A stretch of 64,000 bases of DNA from NCBI GenBank assembly GCA_963605385.1, contig CAVCUM010000006.1, positions 551 through 64,550 of the forward strand, read 5' to 3'. Of this stretch, positions 39,597 through 49,904 are shown in pieces (position 1 is the stretch's first letter; every line of letters begins with the position of its first letter). A model generated the notes under the pieces. It had not been told where the DNA came from, made no database searches, and was given only the letters and a program-made list of their open reading frames with translations. A program made the position numbers and the translations under genes. Source of the stretch: Lachnospiraceae bacterium (GTDB lineage Bacteria > Bacillota > Clostridia > Lachnospirales > Lachnospiraceae).

Positions 39597-40466
39597 TTAA
39601 CCCTTAACCGCACCCACCATGATACCCTTGGTAAAGAACTTCTGTACAAAAGGATAAACCAAAAGCATCGGCAGCATGGAAATTACTATACTTGCAGATT
39701 TAACATTGTCAGCCACCAGGTTTGTCCGGATTCCTTCCTCAGCTGCAATCTTGATTGATTCAACAAACTGCTTAAGAACCATCTGTACCGTGTAAAGTGA
39801 CGATGTGTTGATATAGTACATGACGTCGCTGATACCGTTCCAACGACCTACTGCATAGAACAATCCAAGTGTTGCAATCGTAGGATAAACAAGCGGAAGT
39901 GAAACAAGGGTTAATGTCTTAAGCTCGGAGCATCCGTCAATCTTCGCTGCATCGTATATAGCCGAATCTATGCCCTTAAATGCATTACACATGATAATCA
40001 TATTATATGCGCTTAAGGCTCCCGGAATAACAAGTGCCCAAACCGTATTTATAAGTCCAAAGTCCTTTACATTTAAGTACTCCGGAATAATACCGGGGTT
40101 GAGATACATAGTCAGTACGAACAGTGTCATTATCATCTTGCCGCCGACAAGCCCCTTCTTCGAGAGCGGATATGCGGCAAGTACAGTAAGTAAAAGGCTC
40201 AATGCCGTCGAACCGAACATCAAAAGAATCGAATAGCCAAAGGCGTGCACGAAGCTTCCGCTGCTGATTGCCTTTGAATAAGCATCAAAGTTAATGCCTA
40301 TCGGCCAAATCAAAACCCTTCCTGCGGTTATGGCATCCTTGGAGCTTAACGAAACCGCTATTACTCGTAAGATAGGAACCATTGCAATACAGGTAATCAG
40401 TATAAAGAAGAATGTCCAAAAGAACTGGAAAAGTTTTTCGGTTTTACTGTTTATAGCACTTTCCAT
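39597..40466 (-). CDS. Carbohydrate ABC transporter permease (LplC-like)
   Basis: DAAKIDGCS (EAA motif) and YPFVQKFFTKGIMVGAVKG. Confidence 0.9.
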   Translation of the reverse strand: MESAINSKTEKLFQFFWTFFFILITCIAMVPILRVIAVSLSSKDAITAGRVLIWPIGINFDAYSKAISSGSFVHAFGYSILLMFGSTALSLLLTVLAAYPLSKKGLVGGKMIMTLFVLTMYLNPGIIPEYLNVKDFGLINTVWALVIPGALSAYNMIIMCNAFKGIDSAIYDAAKIDGCSELKTLTLVSLPLVYPTIATLGLFYAVGRWNGISDVMYYINTSSLYTVQMVLKQFVESIKIAAEEGIRTNLVADNVKSASIVISMLPMLLVYPFVQKFFTKGIMVGAVKG

Positions 40467-41410
40467 CAGACGATTCCCTCCTGTCCCATTTTCTTAATTG
40501 CAGCATTGGCACAAAGAACAAGTATAACGCCTACTACAGTCTGGAATAACCCGACGGCTGTTGCGAAGTCAAAACGACCCGCAGCCAAACCTACCGAATA
40601 AACGTAAGTGCTGATAACATCGGAAGCATCTTTTACCAAAGTATTTCCCATCATATACGGACGATCGAAACTGATTGTTACAAGTTTGCCGACCTGCATT
40701 ATCAAAAGAACCGTTATCGTTGAAGAAATCTGAGGTATGGTAACATGCCATATTCTCTGAAGTCTTGTAGCTCCGTCGATGTAGGCAGCTTCGCCAAGTG
40801 ATGCATCCGCCGCCATGAGGGCTGCAAGGTAAACAATAAGCGAATATCCGGCTCCCTGCCAGATTCCGAAGAACCAATATATAAATCGCCAAAGGAATGA
40901 ATTACTAAGGAAAGAAACTGCCTCAAAACCCATTGCCTTTATCACAGTATTGACAAGTCCGCTTGAAGAAAATAGCTGGTTAACGATACCCGAGATAATA
41001 ACCCATGAAAGGAAGTTAGGCAGATATAAAAGAGTCTGGGTAATCTTCCTTACTTTGCTACTTCTTAACTCATTTAAGAAAACTGCCAGAAAGATAGGGA
41101 AGGGGAAGCCCAAAATCAAGTCGCCCATATTCAGAACGATTGTATTCTTAAGAGCACTCCAAAACTCTACGGAAGTAAATGCCTCCTGAAAGTTCTTAAG
41201 TCCAGCCCAGGGGCTCTTCCAAATTCCTCCGAATACATTAAACTCCTTAAATGCAACTACAACACCGAGCATCGGCTTATATCTAAAGCAAATCATATAA
41301 ATAACCGGTATGAGTAGCATCAGATATAGCTGCCAGTTGTTTCTTAAATACAAGCGCACTTTCTGTCGTTTTGTCTTTTTATTATCCATTGACTTTACTG
41401 TACCTTTCAA
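40466..41410 (-). CDS. Carbohydrate ABC transporter permease (LplB-like); start uncertain
   Basis: SPWAGLKNF, YLPNFLSW, EAAYIDGA. Confidence 0.9.
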   Translation of the reverse strand: MKGTVKSMDNKKTKRQKVRLYLRNNWQLYLMLLIPVIYMICFRYKPMLGVVVAFKEFNVFGGIWKSPWAGLKNFQEAFTSVEFWSALKNTIVLNMGDLILGFPFPIFLAVFLNELRSSKVRKITQTLLYLPNFLSWVIISGIVNQLFSSSGLVNTVIKAMGFEAVSFLSNSFLWRFIYWFFGIWQGAGYSLIVYLAALMAADASLGEAAYIDGATRLQRIWHVTIPQISSTITVLLIMQVGKLVTISFDRPYMMGNTLVKDASDVISTYVYSVGLAAGRFDFATAVGLFQTVVGVILVLCANAAIKKMGQEGIV

Positions 41411-41906
41411 ATCACTGTTAAATATAAAAAGCTCTTTTTTCTTTTACTGAATTATATCCCCATGCAAAAGCAACAGCTACACTATTTTTGTTGTTAAAGG
41501 CGAAATATATTGCATTTTTTTGCTTAAACGTTTTAGATAGCAAACAACAATTGGCATAAGTGCAACGATTGCAAAGATCTTGTAATATGGAAGCTTCGTC
41601 TATACAGTCCGCTCCTATGAGTTCATTCGGTAACTGTTAAAAAAACTGTCATGATATAAATCGTTACGGGAAGAAAAAAGGTAACATATGGAATAATCTG
41701 ACCGATGAGATTATTTAAAAGACCCATCTTTGCAAACTAAGCTCCTCTGTGCTATTCTTTCGTAGGTGTTTCCATGCAGAGTAAAGAAACCTGCTTAGCA
41801 GGATTCTCCGTGCTTAAGCGGAATGCACAGCATTATTTTCCATGCCCTAAGCTGCGCATCAACGGCATGAAGTGCCTATATATAGTAAAGAACCCCGGAG
41901 GAATAT

Positions 41907-42899
41907 ATGAAATCAAAAATTACATCACTTATATTAACTGTATCCCTGATCATCGTCTTTCTTTTTGCAGGCTGCGGGCAAAAAATTTCCGACACCGATA
42001 TTAAGGTGGCCGCACTTAAGGGGCCTACCGCAATGGGCATGGTGAAGCTGATGAGCGACTCCGATAATGGCGATACAGGTAATAACCGGTATTCTTTTTC
42101 CATTCTTGGCAGTGCCGATGAAATCACTCCTTCCTTAATACAGGGTGAAATCGATATTGCCTGCGTCCCCGCAAATCTTGCGGCCGTCCTTTACGGTAAG
42201 ACAAACGGCGGTATCAAGGTTCTTGCCGTAAACACCTTAGGTGTCCTTTATATCGTTGAAAAAGGAACATCAATCGAAAATGTTTCCGATTTAAAAGGTA
42301 AAACTATCTATGCAGCCGGCAAGGGTGCAACCCCCGAATATGCCCTGAACTACATGCTTTTATCAAACGGGATTGACCCGGATAAAGACGTAACTGTAGA
42401 ATACAAATCCGAGCATACCGAGTGTGTAAGTGCTCTGGAATCTGATCCCGACGGTGTTGCGATGCTCCCCGAACCCTTTGTCACCACTGTAAAGCTTGCA
42501 AGTGAAAATACACGTGTTGCAATTGACATGACTGAAGAATGGGAAAAATGTGCAAAGAACGACGGAAGCGATGCAACGCTTATTACAGGCGTAGTTGTTG
42601 CAAGAACCGACTTTATAAGTGAGCACAGGGATGCCGTCGATTTATTCCTTAAACAGTATAAAGAATCCGTTAACTTCACGAACGAAAACATCGACGAAGC
42701 CTCTGCCTTGATTGAAAATTATGGTATCATTAAAGAAGCCGTAGCAAAAATCGCAATTCCGAATTGCAACATAACCTTTATTGACGGTGCGGATATGCAA
42801 TCAAAGCTTGGCGGATACTTAGAGACACTTTTCAAGCAAAATCCCGACTCTGTAGGCGGTGAACTTCCGGATGACGACTTCTACTACACAGAAAAATAA
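41907..42899 (+). CDS. NitT/TauT family ABC substrate-binding lipoprotein
   Basis: Lipobox FAGC, LKGPTAMG, GKGATPEY, LPEPF. Confidence 0.85.
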   Translation: MKSKITSLILTVSLIIVFLFAGCGQKISDTDIKVAALKGPTAMGMVKLMSDSDNGDTGNNRYSFSILGSADEITPSLIQGEIDIACVPANLAAVLYGKTNGGIKVLAVNTLGVLYIVEKGTSIENVSDLKGKTIYAAGKGATPEYALNYMLLSNGIDPDKDVTVEYKSEHTECVSALESDPDGVAMLPEPFVTTVKLASENTRVAIDMTEEWEKCAKNDGSDATLITGVVVARTDFISEHRDAVDLFLKQYKESVNFTNENIDEASALIENYGIIKEAVAKIAIPNCNITFIDGADMQSKLGGYLETLFKQNPDSVGGELPDDDFYYTEK

Positions 42900-43632
42900 A
42901 ATTCCTTTTTGGTCAATACTAATCTGGCTCTTACTATGGCAGCTTGCCGCAATGAGTCTGAAATCGGATATCCTTCTTGTTTCCCCCGTTAAAACCATCC
43001 TGAGCCTTACTCATCTAATCTTTAAATTCGACTTTTGGCAGGCAGTTTGGTTTACCTTTTTCAGAATATGCATAGGCTTCGTAAGCGCGATTTTACTCGG
43101 TATTTTTCTCGGAGCCCTCTCCTATAAATCAAAAGCGGCACGCGGATTTCTTTCTCTTCCCGTAGCCGTTATAAAATCGACCCCTGTTGCTTGTTTTATA
43201 ATTTTGATACTTATTTGGGTTTCATCAAAAAACCTGTCGATAATCATTTCTTTTCTCATGGCATTCCCGATTATATACACAAACGTTTACGAGGGCCTAA
43301 CTTCCATGGACCAAAAGCTTCTCTCCATGGCAAAGGTTTTTAGAGTGCCGTTCAAGGGGCGCCTTCGATACATTTATATTTCCGAGGTAATTCCCTTTTT
43401 CCTGCCCTCCTGTTCTTTGGCCTTGGGACTATCCTTCAAATCAGGAATTGCCGCTGAAATCATAGGTCTTCCGAGAGGTTCGATTGGTGAAAGGCTTTAT
43501 GAAGCCAAGATTTATTTAAACACGCCCGAACTTTTTGCCTGGACGGTCGTAATTATTGCAATAAGTATTCTGTTCGAAAGAGCGGTTATGTTCCTGATAA
43601 ACAGGCTATTACGTAAGGCAGAGGGGCATTAA
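42859..43632 (+). CDS. NitT/TauT family ABC permease
   Basis: KSTPVAC, FKSGIAAEIIG. Confidence 0.88.
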   Translation: MNFRMTTSTTQKNKIPFWSILIWLLLWQLAAMSLKSDILLVSPVKTILSLTHLIFKFDFWQAVWFTFFRICIGFVSAILLGIFLGALSYKSKAARGFLSLPVAVIKSTPVACFIILILIWVSSKNLSIIISFLMAFPIIYTNVYEGLTSMDQKLLSMAKVFRVPFKGRLRYIYISEVIPFFLPSCSLALGLSFKSGIAAEIIGLPRGSIGERLYEAKIYLNTPELFAWTVVIIAISILFERAVMFLINRLLRKAEGH

Positions 43633-44241
43633 ATGGATATTGAGGTCAAGAATCTTTGTAAAGCTTATGATAAAGAACCTGTCCTAAAAGATTTTTCACA
43701 TACCTTTAAGACAGGAAGCAAAACGGCGATAATCGGAAGCTCAGGTATCGGAAAAACCACGCTTCTGTCGATTTTATCAAGAGAGGTAACTGCCGATTCC
43801 GGGACTGTTTCCGGTTTGGAAGGTTTGCAAGTAGGCATGGTATTTCAGGAAGACAGGCTTTGTGAGAACCTGTCGGGACTTTTGAATGTAAAGATGGTTA
43901 CGGATATTTTGAAAAAATATTCTTTTAATGATATTTCTTTTTACTTTGAAAGGGTTGGGCTTGATGCATCAAGCAAAAAGCCCGTAAGTGAATACAGTGG
44001 CGGAATGAAGCGCAGGGTTGCCATCCTCCGCGCTCTCCTTTCCGATTTTGACGTACTGATAATGGATGAGCCTTTAAAAGGGCTTGATAAAGAAAACAAG
44101 GATAAGGTAATTTCCCTTATCCTTGAATTTGCCGATAAAAAAACTCTTATTGTGGCTACGCATGATTTGAATGAGGTTAAAGAGCTTCAAATACACGATG
44201 TAATAAATCTGTCAGACGCTCCAAAAGCTTATGATTCCTGA
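43633..44241 (+). CDS. NitT/TauT family ABC ATPase
   Basis: GSSGIGKTT, YSGGMKRR, MDEP. Confidence 0.9.
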   Translation: MDIEVKNLCKAYDKEPVLKDFSHTFKTGSKTAIIGSSGIGKTTLLSILSREVTADSGTVSGLEGLQVGMVFQEDRLCENLSGLLNVKMVTDILKKYSFNDISFYFERVGLDASSKKPVSEYSGGMKRRVAILRALLSDFDVLIMDEPLKGLDKENKDKVISLILEFADKKTLIVATHDLNEVKELQIHDVINLSDAPKAYDS

Positions 44242-45350
44242 ATGTTTGCCCGGGCAAATGCTTCAAATTCATCCTTTACCTGTCTGAAGGCTTCCATTAT
44301 CCTTGGGGAGAACATTCCACATTCGCCCCGAAGTATCATATAATATGCCTCGTTCTTGTCATAAGCATCCTTGTAACAGCGTTCGCTTACAAGCGCATCA
44401 TAAACATCAGTCAGGGAAACGAGCTGCGCCGAAAGTGGGATTTCTTCTTCCTTTAAATGATCCGGATATCCTTTTCCGTCGTAACGCTCATGATGGTGAC
44501 GGACGATTTCATAAATTGTTTTTTTGTGCTTGGGGTCCCAGTCAATGTGAATGGCTTCAAGCAGCTCGCAGCCGCGAAGCGTATGGGACTTCATGTATTC
44601 ATATTCTTCCTTGGTAAGCTTTCCAGGCTTTGTGAGGATACGGTCCGGAATTGAAACCTTACCGAGATCGTGAAGGGCGCTTGCCGAAACAATTTCTTCA
44701 ATCCGTGCATCATCCAGGAGGTATTCCGGGTAAAGCTCTGCCAGTTTCTTTGCCAAAATCCTTGTATAACCCTTCACTCGTTGAATATGCTCGCCGCTTT
44801 CCAAATTTCGAAACTCTACAATTGTACCGAGCATTTCAATGATGTCATTGTTCCTTCTTTCAAGATGTTCTGCCTGCGCTTTTACGGTGCGAAGCGCCCT
44901 GCGAAGTGTCTGTGTCTGCTCCAAGACCTTCTCTTCAAGTAAATTCCTGTAAGAATAATGATCGATGATATTGGCAATTCTCTTACGTACCAAAATATTC
45001 GAAAAGGGCCTGCCTATTACATCAACCGCACCGCTGTCATAGATCTTTTCTATGCTCTCGGCTTCACTGTCGGCACTTATGACAATAACCGGAATTTTTT
45101 TTTGTATTCCGTCCAATTTACGAAATTTCTCAAGAAATTCATATCCGTCCATTACCGGCATGACAATGTCAAGCAGTATTGCCTTGATTTCGTCGCGCTC
45201 TTTCTCTATGATTTCCAAGGCAATCTGCCCATTTTCCGCCTCCAACAGTTCATAGTCTTCGCCAAGAATTTCACCTAAGATGTTTCGGTTTAGTTCCGTA
45301 TCGTCGACTACTAACAGTTTTTGCTTTACCGAGTTTTCTCCTTCCGACAT
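44229..45350 (-). CDS. Response regulator with HD-GYP phosphodiesterase domain (RpfG-like)
   Basis: REC domain (VVDD, LLDIVMP) plus HDLGK and HHERYDGKGYP. Confidence 0.92.
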   Translation of the reverse strand: MSEGENSVKQKLLVVDDTELNRNILGEILGEDYELLEAENGQIALEIIEKERDEIKAILLDIVMPVMDGYEFLEKFRKLDGIQKKIPVIVISADSEAESIEKIYDSGAVDVIGRPFSNILVRKRIANIIDHYSYRNLLEEKVLEQTQTLRRALRTVKAQAEHLERRNNDIIEMLGTIVEFRNLESGEHIQRVKGYTRILAKKLAELYPEYLLDDARIEEIVSASALHDLGKVSIPDRILTKPGKLTKEEYEYMKSHTLRGCELLEAIHIDWDPKHKKTIYEIVRHHHERYDGKGYPDHLKEEEIPLSAQLVSLTDVYDALVSERCYKDAYDKNEAYYMILRGECGMFSPRIMEAFRQVKDEFEAFARANIQES

Positions 45351-45361
45351 ATCCCTCTCCC

Positions 45362-47329
45362 CTAACTGTTTTGATTAATTATTACAATATTTTTTCCGCT
45401 CTGTTTGAGTGTTACACATTCCAATTGGTCCGCATGCAAAGGTACATCGTTAATACGTATCGTCACGCCGGGGTACAATATTCCGTTTACAGTTACGCAT
45501 GCCTTTCTTGCCCTTATCTCTCTTAATTTAAGCTCCGTCTGTTTTTTCCTGAGTTCTTCCTCTTCAAGCCTCTTAGTGTAAATAGCACTTTCAAGCTTCG
45601 AAAAAAGCGGATTTGCATTTCGAACCTCGGGACTGTATTTCTTCTTAAATTGTTGATAGCTTGCGTATAAAAGCTTCTGTTCCTCTTTAAGAGCGCGCAT
45701 CTGAGCGTTTAGCTTTCTGTCTTCGAAAAGGACTTCATTCAGTTTGCCCACCGTGACGGTCGTTAAGTTTTCTTTTTCATTACCTATTTCGTAAGCACTC
45801 ACATAGTCTCCCGCAGTGGTGCAACCACCGATAATGCGTCCGACCTTTTCATCCATCTCCACTGCATTTTCCGCCCTGAGGCTGCTGTTTAAGCTGTAGC
45901 CTGCCTTTATCATATTTTCCGCATAAACAACAGCTCTTTCACAGAAACAGGTGATCACGCTTCCACCCGCTTTGATAGACCCCTTTGCGAAAGCTCCAGC
46001 ATTGATTCCTTCTCTTACGAAGACATTTCCCTTTGCTTCAATCACCGCATCCTCGACAAAGCCGTCTATCAGAATATCTCTTTCGGCATACAGGCAGGCT
46101 CCGTCCTTTACGTCGCTCAAAACATGTACAAAGCCGTCGAAACGCATATCCTGATCAAACGAAGTGACCTCATCAAGCACCAGCAGATTGGTAATTTCGA
46201 TACGATTTTCAGTAAACTCCACGACACCTGACTTTGAAGCCACATAGGTCTTTCCGTCTTGCGCGAGAGTAAAGCACGTACCCTCAAGGGGCGGAAGTTC
46301 TTTTCCCTTGGTGCCAAGTATCACTGAGCCATCTTTAGCCACTCCTGCCCTACCTATAGTTGCTTCGTGGTAAACAGCCAATACATCTCCCTCTTTGACT
46401 GCGGAAAAGCCCTTGTGATTTAAAATCTTCACAGGTTCTTCGTCTTTCTTTTGCCCTCTTAGACCTTTTTTATAGCGCCCTTTAATCTTTTCCCTGCATT
46501 CTGAAGATATGAATTTTTCGAAATCATCCATTTCAAAGAAGAATTCGTAATAGCCATCCTTCCCATTCTCAGGTTCTCTTGCCTCAATCTCGCCGGCTTC
46601 TTCCCCTGTTTGTTGCGAAATCTCAAGAAGCTCTTCTCTGTGCTTTTTAAAAAGTTCCCTTCTAAGCTTCATCTCACGTGCCGTGTACATAAAGCTTGCA
46701 TAGTCGTCAACCGGAATTCCTTCTTCCAGCCCCAAACGGATTTCCCTCATTTGTCCGGGTGCATAAAGCACATTCTTATACAAAGAAATGTCAACACGAT
46801 GCTCAAGTCCAAGCCTTATTTCGCGCATCTGCTGCCAATTCATTTGTTTGTCAAGGTACAAAGAAAGATTTAAATTTTCCTTTAATGCAAGCGCAATTTC
46901 ATGGATAAACGCAGCACGAAGTGAGGTATCTATCCAGTCTTTTATCGGGAGATTCTGTTTCAGAGCCTTACGAATTTCCCGAAGTTGCTCTTTGTCATAT
47001 CCCTCATGCAAATAAGCGGTTAAGTCGATTCCGTCGGCATGAGCCATGCGGAGCTGATAAAGAATTCCCGGAGGATAGGTCCTGTACTCAGACAAGTCTA
47101 TGCCTTCTTTAAGTCCTTCCCTGATTTCCTCCATCTGAAACAAGTCGCACGCAATTGTTGCATACTTTTCAACCGGCAGCCCCTCTTCAAGCCCCAGTCG
47201 AATCTGCATCATCTGTATGGGCAAGAATTCCGGATTTTCATAAATTTCCGTCTGAAGTCCGGCTTCTTTACCTTTTTTTATTTCCTCCAACTGTTCGTCA
47301 GAATACTTTCGTATACCTTCCTCTTTCAC
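45362..47329 (-). CDS. FapA/DUF342 family protein with N-terminal 25-26 aa tandem repeats
   Basis: Repeats QMxEIRLGLEEG(L/I)xVxxY; beta-helix region, GRIIGG, coiled coil, ILYPGVTIRI. Confidence 0.8.
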   Translation of the reverse strand: MKEEGIRKYSDEQLEEIKKGKEAGLQTEIYENPEFLPIQMMQIRLGLEEGLPVEKYATIACDLFQMEEIREGLKEGIDLSEYRTYPPGILYQLRMAHADGIDLTAYLHEGYDKEQLREIRKALKQNLPIKDWIDTSLRAAFIHEIALALKENLNLSLYLDKQMNWQQMREIRLGLEHRVDISLYKNVLYAPGQMREIRLGLEEGIPVDDYASFMYTAREMKLRRELFKKHREELLEISQQTGEEAGEIEAREPENGKDGYYEFFFEMDDFEKFISSECREKIKGRYKKGLRGQKKDEEPVKILNHKGFSAVKEGDVLAVYHEATIGRAGVAKDGSVILGTKGKELPPLEGTCFTLAQDGKTYVASKSGVVEFTENRIEITNLLVLDEVTSFDQDMRFDGFVHVLSDVKDGACLYAERDILIDGFVEDAVIEAKGNVFVREGINAGAFAKGSIKAGGSVITCFCERAVVYAENMIKAGYSLNSSLRAENAVEMDEKVGRIIGGCTTAGDYVSAYEIGNEKENLTTVTVGKLNEVLFEDRKLNAQMRALKEEQKLLYASYQQFKKKYSPEVRNANPLFSKLESAIYTKRLEEEELRKKQTELKLREIRARKACVTVNGILYPGVTIRINDVPLHADQLECVTLKQSGKNIVIINQNS

Positions 47330-47413
47330 ACCCGTTCCTCATCTTCGCAATAATTACGTTAGATATCTTCCCCGATTCATTTTATCAAATGATCTGAAAC
47401 GTTTAGTTACATT

Positions 47414-47451
47414 AAAAACCTCCGTTCTACCAAGCGTAGTCCGGAGGTTTT
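47414..47451. terminator. Terminator after the large orphan gene
   Basis: AAAACCTCCG/CGGAGGTTTT stem. Confidence 0.65.
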
Positions 47452-47472
47452 GTTCAGTCCAAGGTATTAAAT

Positions 47473-49761
47473 TTACTTCATCATGGGTCCTGAAGTCTTT
47501 TCCATCTGCTTATTATTTTCCTTTACCGTTTTAAGCGGTTCTTTATCCTTCGCGCAAATTATTTTTTTGAAATTGTTCAAAGCAGTTTGATAGTTACGCA
47601 TAATGTGTCCTGAGCCGCCGGAAATATATGTCTTTCCTTTTACCTCTTTCTGTTCTTCATTTTTCTCGCGAGCAAGAAGCTCCTTAAAGGTCTTTTCAAT
47701 CTCAGGATTTCTATCTCTTAATTTTTCCGCTGTTTGCTCCCAAGACCACTCGGGGGAGGCTTTCTGAAATCCGTCAACCATACCTATTACAGCATTCATA
47801 CCACCATTGAATGATTTAAAGTACGAATATCCAAGAATTGTATTAAGCTCAGCACCGGTCGTAGGAGTTTTCATCAAAGCATTATATTCCTGATTTGTGT
47901 ATTCCCTCTTTGCATTGGGATTTCCTTTAAGGGAACCGATCAGCTTTCCTCTTTCCTCCAAGGACAAAGCTTTCTTTAAAAAGTCGGTTGTTGCAATTAC
48001 TGCCTCGACATACCGGGTATTTTCATCAATTGCAGACCTGAATTTTTCGGAAAGCTCAATATCCTTTATCGTCTCCAAATCTTCATTGAGTACCTTTACC
48101 ATCTCACCTAAGATTACCATATCAGTATCTGGAGCCTTCTTTTCCATAATCTTGTCAATTAAGCCCTTGATGGCGTAGGAAACACCTACATAACGGTACC
48201 CGAGAGCTTTTTCGTCATTGGTGAAATCTTCGATTTTTGCATCCTTGATAGGCTTATAATTGTTCTTTGTCACTTCAACACGATCGATTAATGCAGTGGC
48301 TTCATCAGGATGCTTTAAGTAATCAAGTACAAGGTCAATACGATTTTCCCTTGCAAAAACGTAGTCTCTGTCGAAATCTTCGTCAAACATGTAAAAAGCC
48401 TTGTAACGTTCCATGTCCGTTCCGCTGCAGGGAGCAATATATCCGGCAATTTTGCGCGATGCCTCGGAAAGGTTAAGATTCATGTTCTCCTGATTGGCAG
48501 GTTTGGATGCTCCGAATATTTTCCTGATATTTGCGCTGCAGTCGTTCATAATCTTGTCTTTTTTAACAGCAGGACGTAAGCTGCGAATTGCTTCGCGAAT
48601 GCTTTTTGCAGCGGCAAATCTTGATGCACCAAAGAGTCCGGTGGGACCATTTTCCTTGTATAAGAGGTAGGCATTGGTCTTTTCGGATACTAAATCCAAT
48701 TTATCCTTAATCTTTTTACGAATTTCGGCAACATCAACCGGTGTGAAATCAGCTTTCTTTATGCCTCGAAGGTCTTTTATTGCGATTTCAAGCGCATCCT
48801 TCATATCCTTAAATTCCTGAGAACTCTTCTGGAAGAAATGATCCGATGCAAGCAATTCCTCCCTGCATCTATAAAGCTTTAAAAGCGCATCGTTTTTAAA
48901 CTCAATTAGATTTTTAGGAACCGTAAAACGCTTTTCCATCATCTTCTCAAGATTTTCTTCCGTAGGGTGGGCTGCCAGCCAAAACTCACGTATTGAATCC
49001 AGGCGTTCCCTTAGGATGTCATCCATATCTGCGCCGTTGGTTGAAAAATAATATTCCTCATCAAAGGGTGCGTCTTCACCTTCTGTAAGACCCGGAGTAA
49101 GAATTTTATCCAGTTCCTTCAAATCTTCCCTAAATTTCCTACGATTATTCTTGTATCGATTCCAGACTTCCTCTGACGGAAATTCCTTAAATCCGTTCGC
49201 CTGACGCTTTACGTCATTCTTTAATGAAAGCAACAGCTCCCTTACCTTACCTTGGGAAACCCCCTCAGGAAGAACAAGTTTCTTTTGCCCAATCAAGTCC
49301 GTTATGGCAGACATAGTTTCATTTACTTCCTCATCTTCGGGAAGCTCAATAGAGAGTTCCTCTTTAAAGCCTGCAAATGACTCATTAAATTCCTCGGGAT
49401 ATTTCGTCTGAAATTTTTCCCAAAGCTTTTCGCAAAGATGTATGTACAATTTCTTCATGAAGGAGTAAAACCCTTCCTGATCGGTGAAGTAGGGGCCATT
49501 TGCGTGCTCTTCGTCAAATTCCTCTACACACTCTTTTACGAGCCTGTCATTTTCATACAAACGGCTCATCTCGCCGTAAAAGCTTCTGGCTTCGGAATTT
49601 TCCATGGTGCCCAAATTAAAATCAAGCGGAATGTAGTTCTCATCATCACTCAGATTACGGAGCGCATCGGTTACGAATTCAAAAGAGTTACTGCTTGTAA
49701 AAGAGTTTACATATTTTTCATAAAAGGCTTTTTTTGTTTTTATATTACTGGGTAATGGCAT
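47473..49761 (-). CDS. Large charged helical hypothetical protein (orphan paralog 1)
   Basis: Long ORF; GAGGAG RBS before ATG at 49761; no signal peptide or recognisable catalytic motif. Confidence 0.85.
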   Translation of the reverse strand: MPLPSNIKTKKAFYEKYVNSFTSSNSFEFVTDALRNLSDDENYIPLDFNLGTMENSEARSFYGEMSRLYENDRLVKECVEEFDEEHANGPYFTDQEGFYSFMKKLYIHLCEKLWEKFQTKYPEEFNESFAGFKEELSIELPEDEEVNETMSAITDLIGQKKLVLPEGVSQGKVRELLLSLKNDVKRQANGFKEFPSEEVWNRYKNNRRKFREDLKELDKILTPGLTEGEDAPFDEEYYFSTNGADMDDILRERLDSIREFWLAAHPTEENLEKMMEKRFTVPKNLIEFKNDALLKLYRCREELLASDHFFQKSSQEFKDMKDALEIAIKDLRGIKKADFTPVDVAEIRKKIKDKLDLVSEKTNAYLLYKENGPTGLFGASRFAAAKSIREAIRSLRPAVKKDKIMNDCSANIRKIFGASKPANQENMNLNLSEASRKIAGYIAPCSGTDMERYKAFYMFDEDFDRDYVFARENRIDLVLDYLKHPDEATALIDRVEVTKNNYKPIKDAKIEDFTNDEKALGYRYVGVSYAIKGLIDKIMEKKAPDTDMVILGEMVKVLNEDLETIKDIELSEKFRSAIDENTRYVEAVIATTDFLKKALSLEERGKLIGSLKGNPNAKREYTNQEYNALMKTPTTGAELNTILGYSYFKSFNGGMNAVIGMVDGFQKASPEWSWEQTAEKLRDRNPEIEKTFKELLAREKNEEQKEVKGKTYISGGSGHIMRNYQTALNNFKKIICAKDKEPLKTVKENNKQMEKTSGPMMK

Positions 49762-49793
49762 TGTTTTTCTCCTCTTTTTCTTGATTTTTTTAA

Positions 49794-49828
49794 AGTATAT
49801 CACGTTTTCAAGGACAAAAGGTGGACAA
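49794..49828 (-). promoter_or_regulatory. Promoter with TTGTC-N6-TTGTC direct repeat and extended -10
   Basis: Minus strand TTGTCCACCTTTTGTC (49813-49828), 13 nt, TATACT (49794-49799). Confidence 0.65.
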
Positions 49829-49904
49829 ACTATCGTATGTTCCGGATTTCTATGAAGAAAATTAAGTGCTATAATACTTCCATATCTTTAAAGGTTGATT
49901 AATA

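Noticed and set aside
41763..41878. THF, Moco or cobalamin riboswitch
   Set aside because: Only short fragments (GCAGAGTA, CTCCG) resemble these classes; core conserved blocks are missing
10794..47405. LacI/CcpA-like sites (GTAAGCGTTGCA at 10794, TGCAACGATTGCA at 41561, CTGAAACGTTTAG near 47394)
   Set aside because: Plausible but short and degenerate; a shared regulon cannot be supported without a PWM scan
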